From: Candidatus Micrarchaeota archaeon
GTDB taxonomy: Archaea; Micrarchaeota; Micrarchaeia; Micrarchaeales; CABMGC01
Direction of reading: 5' to 3'
Assembly: GCA_028866835.1 (NCBI GenBank)
Contig: JAGWHJ010000003.1
Coordinates: 1 to 62,670, forward strand
Length of the DNA stretch: 62,670 bases
This document shows, piece by piece, positions 22,654-30,512 of this stretch; the first letter of the stretch is position 1, and every line of letters starts with the position of its first letter. The position numbers and the translations under genes are program-made. The notes beneath the pieces were generated by a model. It ran no database searches and was not told the DNA's origin. It worked only from the letters and a program-made list of their open reading frames with translations.

Positions 22654-23349
22654 ATGTACCCAAACGTACAAGCATACGACAGAGGTGTGATGTTCAACCC
22701 AGATGGCAGGCTCTTTCAGGTAGAGTACGCCAAGGAAGCAGTCAGGAAGGGAGCCACATCAATAGGGATAGTGGCCGACAAAGCCGTAATCTTCGTGGCG
22801 CACAAGAACATGACCGAGCCATTGGCGCTTTCATCGACGATACAGAAGGTATTCAGGATAGATTCGCACATAGGTGCAACATACAGCGGAATGGTGGCGG
22901 ACGGACTTCACATAATAGACGCGGCGAGATCCTCGACGCAGAACCACAAGCTCGTATACGATGACATAAAGTCCGTCGAATCTCTTGCAAAGGGCATTTC
23001 ATCATATATGATGCAGGCAACCCAGTACGGAGGCATGAGGCCTTACGCCGTGTCCTTACTCGTGGGGGGCATAGACGAGGAGCCACGACTCTTCGAGATA
23101 GAGCCTGGAGCATCGTTCCTGGGCTACAAGGCCGATGCAATAGGGGTGGGCAAGAAGCTTGCAACAGAGATACTTGTAAAGGAATACAAGGAAGGGCTCA
23201 ACCTCAACGACGCCATATCCCTGGGCGTCAGGATAATAAAGAAAGTAAGCGAAGCCCATCTTACAGTAGACAATCTTGATATAGGTTATGTTAAATCTGA
23301 TTCGGAGTTCACCATAATGCCGCCTGAGAAGATAGCTGCCTATTTATAG
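22654..23349 (+). CDS. psmA: Proteasome alpha subunit
   Basis: [29 protein letters not shown]. Confidence 0.97.
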   Translation: MYPNVQAYDRGVMFNPDGRLFQVEYAKEAVRKGATSIGIVADKAVIFVAHKNMTEPLALSSTIQKVFRIDSHIGATYSGMVADGLHIIDAARSSTQNHKLVYDDIKSVESLAKGISSYMMQATQYGGMRPYAVSLLVGGIDEEPRLFEIEPGASFLGYKADAIGVGKKLATEILVKEYKEGLNLNDAISLGVRIIKKVSEAHLTVDNLDIGYVKSDSEFTIMPPEKIAAYL

Positions 23350-23365
23350 AGATGCAGTGACTTTA

Positions 23366-24049
23366 ATGTCGAAGACGATAGTCGCCAAATATTCAGTTAA
23401 CGGAGAGGAATTTGAGATTTTTGTTGATTCTGATATGGCATACGAATTCATAACTGGCAAGAGGACGGACGCATACTCTACGTTGCAGGCGTACGAGATA
23501 TTCGAGGACGCGAACAAGGGTAAAAGGCAGGGTCAGGATCAGATAAAGAAGGCCTTCGGCACGACAGACGTCGCAAAGGTCGCCGAGACCATACTCAAGA
23601 AGGGCAATGTACCCATAACGACCGAGCAGAGAACAAAGCTCGTAGAGGAGAAGAGGAAGCAGATAGTGAACATAATAGCAAGGAACTCCATAGACCCGCG
23701 CACTAACGCGCCGCATCCAATACAGAGAATAGAGAACGCCATGGAGCAGGCCAAGGTTTCCATAGATCCTTTCAAGAATGCCCAGGAGCAGGTAGACTTA
23801 ATAATCAAAAAGCTCAATGCAATATTACCATTAAAGTTTGCAACTGCAAAGATAGAAGCAATAATTCCGCCTGAATACGCAAACAGGTGCTTCAATGTCC
23901 TTAAGCAGTACGGCCTCAAGTCTGAGGAATGGCAGTCTAATGGATCGCTGAAGGCGGTCGTTGAGTTCCCTGCAGGGTTGCAGGGCGAATTCTTCGAGAA
24001 GCTCAACAATGCCACAAAGGGCAGTGCAGTGACAAAAATTCTGGTGTAA
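23366..24049 (+). CDS. Ribosome maturation factor SBDS/Sdo1
   Basis: [23 protein letters not shown]. Canonical position after psmA. Confidence 0.95.
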   Translation: MSKTIVAKYSVNGEEFEIFVDSDMAYEFITGKRTDAYSTLQAYEIFEDANKGKRQGQDQIKKAFGTTDVAKVAETILKKGNVPITTEQRTKLVEEKRKQIVNIIARNSIDPRTNAPHPIQRIENAMEQAKVSIDPFKNAQEQVDLIIKKLNAILPLKFATAKIEAIIPPEYANRCFNVLKQYGLKSEEWQSNGSLKAVVEFPAGLQGEFFEKLNNATKGSAVTKILV

Positions 24050-24051
24050 GA

Positions 24052-24645
24052 ATGCAGAGAATAGTAGTTCCAGGAGAAAAGATAAGCGACGGGCAACTGC
24101 GGTTAGAGAACACGATAACCGAAAACAACGCGACATACTCAACGGTAGTGGCGATATACGACGAGGAAAAGAAAACCCTCCTTCCCCTTGAGGGGCTCTG
24201 GTACCCAAGGTACGGCGACACTGTGGTCGGCGTGATAGAGGAGGACAAGCTTAACACCTACGTGGTCAACCTCAACGCGCCATACAAGGGACTTTTGCTC
24301 ACTAAGTTCACGGAGATAGAGATAACTACCGGAGACGTTGTTGAAGCGACGGTGAAGGAGCTCGACAAGACGCAGACGGCGATGCTCATGAGGCCCAGGA
24401 AGCTCTCGGGAGGCAAACTCCTATCCGTGAAGCCATCGAAGGTACCACGGATAATAGGCAGCGGCAACACGATGCTCAAGGAGCTCACAGAAGGAACCGG
24501 ATGCAGCATAATGGTGGGAAACAACGGAATAATCTGGCTCAAGGGCAAGAACGTTGATCTTGCCACGAAGGCGATACTTAAGATAGAGGAGGAAGCGCAC
24601 ACAAGCGGTCTTACCGAGCGCATCAAGGAGATGCTTAAGAGCTAA
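24052..24645 (+). CDS. rrp4: Exosome subunit Rrp4
   Basis: IVVPGE, S1 domain, KH motif KVPRIIG, VGNNGIIW, EAHTSGLT. Confidence 0.92.
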   Translation: MQRIVVPGEKISDGQLRLENTITENNATYSTVVAIYDEEKKTLLPLEGLWYPRYGDTVVGVIEEDKLNTYVVNLNAPYKGLLLTKFTEIEITTGDVVEATVKELDKTQTAMLMRPRKLSGGKLLSVKPSKVPRIIGSGNTMLKELTEGTGCSIMVGNNGIIWLKGKNVDLATKAILKIEEEAHTSGLTERIKEMLKS

Positions 24646-24654
24646 AGTGATAAC

Positions 24655-25395
24655 ATGTCAGGAGGAGAAAACCAAGAACTGATAATCAACGGAAAGAGGC
24701 TGGACGGGCGCATGCCCGATGAGCTAAGGCCGATAAAGATAGAAGCAAACGTGCTTCACAATGCCGATGGCTCCGCATACATAGAGTGGGGCAACAACAA
24801 GATAATAGCAGGCGTCTACGGGCCCAAGGAGGCCCTGCCAAAGCACATCTCGGACCCGGAGAGGGCAATAATAAAGTGCAGATACCAGATGGCACCATTC
24901 TCATCCCTAGAGGAGCACGGCAGGAGCGGCCCCAACAGGAGGTCCATAGAGATCTCAAAGGTCACGAAGGAGGTATTCGAGAACGTCGTGATGCTTGATC
25001 ATTTCCCTGGCAGCGAGATCGACATATTCGTCGAGGTGCTGCAGGGCGACGGCGGCACTAGGACCGCCGGCATAACTGCGGCTGCAGTGGCGCTGGCCAC
25101 ATCGGGAATACCGATGCGCGACCTGCCCTTTGCGGTATCCGCAGGGAAGGTTGGCGACACCATTATACTTGACCTTAACAAGATCGAAGACAACAGCTCT
25201 GATGCAGACATGCCCGTGGCCGTCAGCCCTCGGACCAACACCGTGTTGCTGCTCCAGATGGACGGCGAGCTGACAAGGCAGGATATCAACACCGCATTCT
25301 CAATGGTACAGAAGGCCGGCACGTACATCTCAAAGCTGCAGCGCGAGGCCATAAAGGCACCGTACGAGAAGATCAAGGACAAGTACAACAAATGA
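24655..25395 (+). CDS. rrp41: Exosome subunit Rrp41
   Basis: RLDGR...ELRPI, ADGSAYIEWG, RRSIEIS, DGGTR. Confidence 0.96.
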   Translation: MSGGENQELIINGKRLDGRMPDELRPIKIEANVLHNADGSAYIEWGNNKIIAGVYGPKEALPKHISDPERAIIKCRYQMAPFSSLEEHGRSGPNRRSIEISKVTKEVFENVVMLDHFPGSEIDIFVEVLQGDGGTRTAGITAAAVALATSGIPMRDLPFAVSAGKVGDTIILDLNKIEDNSSDADMPVAVSPRTNTVLLLQMDGELTRQDINTAFSMVQKAGTYISKLQREAIKAPYEKIKDKYNK

Positions 25396-25404
25396 GGAGA
25401 TCAA

Positions 25405-26190
25405 ATGCAAATTAGAACCGTAACTGACGATTTCATAAAGGACCTGCTGATGAAGGGCACAAGAGAGGATGGAAGAGGCATGGGGGCGTACAGGCCGATC
25501 AATATAGCCACAGGCACGATACCCAATGCCGAAGGATCAGCAACTGTTGACATGGGGCACACGAAGGTCCTCTGCGGCGTCAAGATAGGGGTGGGGGAGC
25601 CGATGCCAGACAAGCCCAAGGATGGCAATATAATAACATCGGCAGAGCTTCTGCCGCTGGCATCACCTCATTACGATATAGGACCGCCGACACCTGAGGC
25701 GATAGAATTCGCCAGGGTGGTGGACAGGGGGATAAGGGCCGCAAAGGTGATCCCGACGGAGAAGATGTTCATAGAGGAGGAGAAGGTATGGGAAGTGTAC
25801 ATAGACCTTTATGTGCTTAATTATGATGGGAACCTCTTCGACGCAGGGACAATGTCGGCCGTAGCCGCCATTATGTCGGCGAGGATGCCAAAGTACGAGG
25901 GCGAAAAGGTAATAAGGGAGGGCAGTCTTGGAAAGTTCGAGACCGGCAACGTCATTTCCTCATGCACTTACGCGAAGATAGGAAACAGCATAGTGCTCGA
26001 CCCTGACGGAAACGAGGAAGCCTCCATGGACGCAAGGATAACCATAGCAAACGACGAGAATTACGTGCGCGCTATGCAGAAGGGGGCGGGAGGCTCGTTC
26101 ACGTTCAAGGAGACCGAGGAGCTAATAGAGAAGACCTTCGAGAAGTCCAAGGAGCTACGCGGCATACTAAAGAAAGCAGTTGGTGAATAG
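25405..26190 (+). CDS. rrp42: Exosome subunit Rrp42
   Basis: REDGR, AEGSA, ARVVDRGIR, DGNLFDA. Confidence 0.95.
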   Translation: MQIRTVTDDFIKDLLMKGTREDGRGMGAYRPINIATGTIPNAEGSATVDMGHTKVLCGVKIGVGEPMPDKPKDGNIITSAELLPLASPHYDIGPPTPEAIEFARVVDRGIRAAKVIPTEKMFIEEEKVWEVYIDLYVLNYDGNLFDAGTMSAVAAIMSARMPKYEGEKVIREGSLGKFETGNVISSCTYAKIGNSIVLDPDGNEEASMDARITIANDENYVRAMQKGAGGSFTFKETEELIEKTFEKSKELRGILKKAVGE

Positions 26191-26427
26191 ATGGCTAACT
26201 ACGGCATTAGATACGGTGTAGGCCTCAGGAAGAGATACGATTCGGTGAAGGCGGACAAGCAGAGGAGGTACAAGTGCGACCTCTGCGGCAAGGTGACCAT
26301 CAGAAGGGTCAGCAACGGAATATGGCACTGCAGGCATTGCAACGCAACCTTCGCTGGAGGGGCGTACACGTTCAAGACGACCGGCGGCGAGACTGCCGCA
26401 AGGATGCTTACAAAGCCGAAGGCATAG
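26191..26427 (+). CDS. rpl37ae: 50S ribosomal protein L37ae (eL43)
   Basis: RYGVGLRK, CDLC...GIWHCRHC, FAGGAY. Confidence 0.95.
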   Translation: MANYGIRYGVGLRKRYDSVKADKQRRYKCDLCGKVTIRRVSNGIWHCRHCNATFAGGAYTFKTTGGETAARMLTKPKA

Positions 26428-26564
26428 AAATGAAGAACCCCGACCTAAAGTTCGGGGTATCTAAGAGAAGCAAGACAATTAACGAGGGAAGATAATACTG
26501 AAGTATGACGTAGGTATCCGAAAGGTATATATATGTTGTAGCTCCCAATATAAGTGTGGTAAAT

Positions 26565-26843
26565 ATGTCCGAACAAAACAACATGGAACGAAAGATGATA
26601 GCTGTAAGGTCTGAACATGCTGCATGGGTAGCAATGTTCAAAGAGATAGGTAAGACCTTCAATATATCTGATGAGGAACTTAACAACATCAAAAAATATA
26701 GACCAATGTTCAGTGCGATAGAAAAATGGGGCATTGAATATTTTAAGTCTATGAAAGCACAAGGAGTAGAGGCATGGCAAGCAAAAGGGTTATTCCAAGA
26801 CGACCCTTCAATAACAGCAACTAACGATTTAAAGGTGATTTGA
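26565..26843 (+). CDS. IS passenger hypothetical protein (92 aa)
   Basis: ATG preceded by TATA-like TATATATAT; coupled to the next ORF by TGATG overlap. Confidence 0.65.
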   Translation: MSEQNNMERKMIAVRSEHAAWVAMFKEIGKTFNISDEELNNIKKYRPMFSAIEKWGIEYFKSMKAQGVEAWQAKGLFQDDPSITATNDLKVI

Positions 26844-27112
26844 TGGCTGCTGGAATAATACCAAGATATACTGATGAGAAGCCTCTATTCAAAGGCGATG
26901 TTGCCTATGATAAAAATTGCATAAAACATGGCGACTGCAAAGCAACGAAAGAACTTAGGGAAACAGTGTGTAAATACTGTGGCAAAAATCTTGATAAGGC
27001 AGGAATGAGATTTTATGACATAGGGGAATTTCCAATGCATGTTTATGTGCATGCAGATTGCGAAGAAGACTACATAGAACAAGAACAGAAAAAACAGATG
27101 GTGAAAGCATGA
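26843..27112 (+). CDS. IS passenger small Zn-finger-like protein (89 aa)
   Basis: GGTGA RBS upstream. CIKHGDC, CKYC and HADC motifs. Confidence 0.7.
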   Translation: MAAGIIPRYTDEKPLFKGDVAYDKNCIKHGDCKATKELRETVCKYCGKNLDKAGMRFYDIGEFPMHVYVHADCEEDYIEQEQKKQMVKA

Positions 27113-27231
27113 AGATAACCACAATCAAGATAAGCACAGACACAGTAAAGAAACTAAAGAAGGCGAAGATATACAAACATGAATCATACGAAGAAATAAT
27201 CAATCGTCTATTAGGTGTCAAGCATGATTAA
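27109..27231 (+). CDS. 40-aa ribbon-helix-helix/antitoxin-like DNA-binding protein (not in ORF track)
   Basis: MKITTIKISTDTVKKLKKAKIYKHESYEEIINRLLGVKHD, matching the archaeal TTIxIS...ESYxEVIxRL pattern. GGTGA RBS and ATGA overlap. Confidence 0.75.
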   Translation: MKITTIKISTDTVKKLKKAKIYKHESYEEIINRLLGVKHD

Positions 27232-27790
27232 CCGTTATCCACACCACAAACAACCATCAGAGCAACAGTTAGACACAATCAGGAAGGAAGCACACACAAC
27301 TTACAATGTGAATTACCATTGCGTATGGATTCCAAAGTACCGCAGAAGAATACTCTCAACAAGGAATCTAAAGAGAATCTTGGAAGACATAATTAGAGGT
27401 CAATGCGAGGAAAGAGATTGGAAGGTTCTTGCACTTGAAACACAACCCGACCATATTCACTTGTTCGTAAGTGTCCAGCCTAAGTTCTCAATCTCTTATG
27501 TCATGAACATAATCAAGGGCAATACTTCAATTCAGTTAAGGCGTATCTTTCCACAGCTAAAGCAAAACATGGGAAAGTCATTATGGGCTGATGGTTACTA
27601 TGTAAGCACCGCAGGGTTCATCAGCGAAAACAAGGTTAAGCGTTACATTGAAGACCAGATACACCACTTAAGGCAACAGGAATACCACAAGAAATTCGGA
27701 GGGGTTCAAAGAGGGATTCGTGACTTCTTTGAAAATTCGCCCCATTCACTCTCCGCCCTAAAGGGTGGAGTTCCTCTGGGTTCTTATTAA
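27224..27790 (+). CDS. tnpA: IS200/IS605 Y1 HUH transposase
   Basis: YHCVWIPKYRR, PDHIHLF (HUH), IKGNTS, LWADGYYVST, RYIEDQ (catalytic Tyr). Confidence 0.96.
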   Translation: MINRYPHHKQPSEQQLDTIRKEAHTTYNVNYHCVWIPKYRRRILSTRNLKRILEDIIRGQCEERDWKVLALETQPDHIHLFVSVQPKFSISYVMNIIKGNTSIQLRRIFPQLKQNMGKSLWADGYYVSTAGFISENKVKRYIEDQIHHLRQQEYHKKFGGVQRGIRDFFENSPHSLSALKGGVPLGSY

Positions 27791-28152
27791 TGGTAAGGAT
27801 AAGCTACTCACCAACGGAAGAGCTCGTCGTGCATGAGATACTTCACGTGCAGATGGATGACTTGCTCAGGGAGCGCGTAACTCCTGCTGCGGTGATGCCA
27901 TTGTACTGGTGCCAGGGCATACTGTTCAGCTTCAATTCACTGCCCTTGTCAGATGAGGTCACCAAGGATTACCTTAAAGGGAAGATACACTGGCTTGAGG
28001 TACATTACACCAGCCTTCCCGAATACACGCCGATACTTCCGCTTCATGACGATGAATACAAGTCCACGCTGAACGTCAGAGTTATAGATACAAGCTTCTC
28101 TGCACTCCATCAGGACTTCATAAAATGGCTCAAGGTCAACACAAAAAAGTGA
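27790..28152 (+). CDS. Hypothetical protein in the rpl37ae-rpoP operon
   Basis: 120-aa ORF with host-like codon use, 4 nt upstream of rpoP. Confidence 0.75.
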   Translation: MVRISYSPTEELVVHEILHVQMDDLLRERVTPAAVMPLYWCQGILFSFNSLPLSDEVTKDYLKGKIHWLEVHYTSLPEYTPILPLHDDEYKSTLNVRVIDTSFSALHQDFIKWLKVNTKK

Positions 28153-28156
28153 TACT

Positions 28157-28288
28157 ATGCCCTACATATGCATCCATTGCGGAAAGGAGATAAAGTCGCT
28201 GGAAAAGTTCATCAGGTGCCCGTACTGCGGCTACAGGGTCCTAGCAAAGAAGAGATCATCGATAGCGAAGGAAATCTCTACTGACTGA
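28157..28288 (+). CDS. rpoP: RNA polymerase subunit P (Rpo12), 43 aa (not in ORF track)
   Basis: MPYICIHCGKEIKSLEKFIRCPYCGYRVLAKKRSSIAKEISTD: Zn ribbon in canonical position downstream of rpl37ae. Confidence 0.93.
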   Translation: MPYICIHCGKEIKSLEKFIRCPYCGYRVLAKKRSSIAKEISTD

Positions 28289-28538
28289 CTTCGTGGTCCT
28301 TCTCGCTGACGACTATCATCGCGCTTATCTTCTTGACCCTGCCGTAAGGCACGCTGTTCTTGAAGAAGTCTGCGCGGACGTCCTTGCTCCTTATTAGGTT
28401 GTCTATGTTGTCAAGGAGCAGATGCGAGACCTCCCCGTTCTCCATATTTAGAAGAACGCCCTTAACCTCACCGAGCATCCTGCCGTTAAGCGACATCACG
28501 TGCTTGCTGTAGAGATCCGATATCATGACCATAGGCAC
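28278..28538 (-). CDS. PRC-barrel domain protein (CdpB-like)
   Basis: ISDLYSKHVMSLNGRMLGEVKGVLLNMENGEV...VPYGRVKKISAMIVV. Confidence 0.85.
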   Translation of the reverse strand: MPMVMISDLYSKHVMSLNGRMLGEVKGVLLNMENGEVSHLLLDNIDNLIRSKDVRADFFKNSVPYGRVKKISAMIVVSEKDHEVSQ

Positions 28539-28540
28539 AC

Positions 28541-29113
28541 CTAGACTGGATTCATCCTACTAATCTTCTTGGAAGCAAAAATTCTTATTATGTACTCCTG
28601 CAGGACCCCGATGAAGGCATCTTCATCGGCATTCATCTCACCCAGCTCCTCCTTCGTGAAGAGGTCCGAATTTGACTTAGCAAGCAGCCTGAGGTAGTTC
28701 TCTGTCATCGAATAGAACTTCTTGCTGCATCCGAGGCAGATGAATATCGGCACGACAGGCACCTTGTTTATGTTTATCGGGTCCACCAAGTCAAGCTGTC
28801 GCACAATCTTTCCCTCATTGCAGCCGTTGCACTTTGCCGACACCGGTATCCTCTCGTACGCCTTCACTTCCCTGACCTCCGGCTCCCCATCGATCTCGAG
28901 GTATGCACAGAGCCCTTCGAGCGCATCCTTGCTCTCGTTCGTGCGCTGGCTTAGCACCTGCCCCGCAGCGTCGAATTCGGTCAGTAGTATGCCGTTGCTC
29001 GTCCTCTCCGCAACGCACACAGCCTCCCCGCCCCCAAGCATGTATTTCGAGGTCTTCAACCTGGAATCCGGGCTCCTGAATACAACAACGCTAGCGCTGT
29101 CCATGCGAACCAT
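28541..29113 (-). CDS. Hypothetical Zn-ribbon protein
   Basis: CNGC...CLGC pairs; operonic with the histone and PRC-barrel genes. Confidence 0.7.
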   Translation of the reverse strand: MVRMDSASVVVFRSPDSRLKTSKYMLGGGEAVCVAERTSNGILLTEFDAAGQVLSQRTNESKDALEGLCAYLEIDGEPEVREVKAYERIPVSAKCNGCNEGKIVRQLDLVDPININKVPVVPIFICLGCSKKFYSMTENYLRLLAKSNSDLFTKEELGEMNADEDAFIGVLQEYIIRIFASKKISRMNPV

Positions 29114-29315
29114 TCTTTATTGCGTATTCGCGTATGTCGCTGCGCGTGACCTTCCCTCCTTCGCGTTTCTTTGCGTTCTGCACGGCAAAGGCGGAGATAC
29201 GCTTGGCTTCCTTCTCTATTATGCCAGCTATCTCATCCGCGCCTTCGGAGGTAAGGTTAAAACCGAAACTGCCCTTTACAAGCTCGCGCACGGCCTTCCT
29301 CGAGATGTTTGCCAT
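29091..29315 (-). CDS. Archaeal histone-fold protein
   Basis: 74 aa: ISRKAVRELVK...LTSEGADEI...A...AKKREGGKVTRSDI (alpha1, alpha2, RxxVxxxD-type L2/alpha3). Confidence 0.8.
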   Translation of the reverse strand: MANISRKAVRELVKGSFGFNLTSEGADEIAGIIEKEAKRISAFAVQNAKKREGGKVTRSDIREYAIKNGSHGQR

Positions 29316-29319
29316 TCAA

Positions 29320-29368
29320 TCAGCACTCAAGATCGTCATCATCTGATATCAGACTGAGAACTCATCAC
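29320..29368 (-). ncRNA. Box C/D 2'-O-methylation guide sRNA
   Basis: Minus strand GTGATGA gttctcagt CTGA tatcag ATGATGA cgatcttgagtg CTGA gives consensus C, D', C' and D boxes in 49 nt. TATA-like TTTATA about 25 nt upstream. Confidence 0.9.
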
Positions 29369-29510
29369 GTTACTTAATTTTCACGAAGAAGGAATATAAA
29401 TCCATGCAAGAATACCTGTGCTTCCGCTAATTTCCCTGAGCCTTCGGCGAGGAGTTGCCGCACGGCCCCAATCTTTAAGAATGAGAATTTATTGGGTTTT
29501 ATTGTTTAGC

Positions 29511-30137
29511 ATGAGTACTTTCAAATTCGCGCGCGAATCCGCAGAGTCGATGGCGCTGCGCGAAATCATGCGCACACCTAACCCGGATACTCTTTCTATC
29601 GGCGTATACCGCAGCGCATCAACCACGAAGTACGTTTCTTTTGTGGGGCCGAGAGCCGCATTCACGCCTGATCTCGGAACGTCAGCGCTGATATCCCTGC
29701 AGCGCCTCCCTCCCGCATGGATTGAGAGCATGCAGATGCACATATTGCTCTCAGACCATCGGCTTCCATTGACGGAACTCGGACTCATAACGATTGGCAT
29801 CTCACTTAGTGGAGAGAGGGCAACCGCGCGCACTGACGTGTACAGCCCAAAACTATGGCTGAATCGGACAGGCATTACCGTGCTCGGTCTGGGGTACAAG
29901 ACCGAGATGATCGTGCTCGAGAGCCTTGTTGGGGAAGTGACCCACGTCCGCACTACTGGCAGCCCATCATATGCCAGAAGCCAGCAGCTCCTGAATGTCG
30001 GCCTCGCTGTCAATACCGAGACACCCATCGACCAATGGCTGGAGGGACTGCGACGCGGCCTAAGGAGCAGCCTTAGAAAGCAAAGGGCCGTAAACGTACG
30101 TAACAGAAGACACGAGCCGGCTCACAAAAGTTTATAA
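29511..30137 (+). CDS. Hypothetical protein
   Basis: ORF fills the gap before trxA. ATG 29511 follows an AT-rich promoter-like tract. No family recognised. Confidence 0.55.
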   Translation: MSTFKFARESAESMALREIMRTPNPDTLSIGVYRSASTTKYVSFVGPRAAFTPDLGTSALISLQRLPPAWIESMQMHILLSDHRLPLTELGLITIGISLSGERATARTDVYSPKLWLNRTGITVLGLGYKTEMIVLESLVGEVTHVRTTGSPSYARSQQLLNVGLAVNTETPIDQWLEGLRRGLRSSLRKQRAVNVRNRRHEPAHKSL

Positions 30138-30177
30138 TCTTTTAATGAGAAATGGCCATGCTAAATCTGGTGATTTT

Positions 30178-30492
30178 ATGATGGATATTACCTCCGATAA
30201 TTTCGAGAACGAAGTATTGAAGTCAAAGACCCCTGTGCTCATAGATTTCTGGGCGGAATGGTGTGGGCCGTGCAGGATATTCTCGCCTATCATAGAGGAT
30301 GTTGAAAAAGGCTATACAGACAAGGTCAAGTTCGGGAAGCTTAACACCGATGAGAACACAGATATAGCGCAGAGATACAACATAATGAGCATACCAACGG
30401 TTCTGCTTTTTGAGAGAGGCGAGGTAAAGGCCATGTCCGTCGGCGCTGTGCCGAAGGAATCACTTAAGAAATGGCTGGACAAGAACCTCTGA
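30178..30492 (+). CDS. trxA: Thioredoxin
   Basis: DFWAEWCGPC, IMSIPT. Confidence 0.97.
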   Translation: MMDITSDNFENEVLKSKTPVLIDFWAEWCGPCRIFSPIIEDVEKGYTDKVKFGKLNTDENTDIAQRYNIMSIPTVLLFERGEVKAMSVGAVPKESLKKWLDKNL

Positions 30493-30512
30493 CATGTCCC
30501 TGCTCTGATATC

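Larger units (their letters stand above)
26430..27785 (-). mobile_element. IS200/IS605-family element (tnpA, no tnpB) with three passenger ORFs
   Basis: Subterminal hairpins ACCCCGA-cctaaagt-TCGGGGT (26437-26458) and CTCCGCCC-taaa-GGGTGGAG (27751-27770). Minus strand ends ...GGGGTTCTTCAT, resembling an IS605 right end. AT-rich, no target duplication. Ends uncertain by a few nt. Confidence 0.85.

Noticed and set aside
26430..27230. tnpB/iscB or omegaRNA in the IS element
   Set aside because: No long ORF or RuvC/HNH motifs on either strand. The short minus-strand ORFs look like shadows of the passenger genes.
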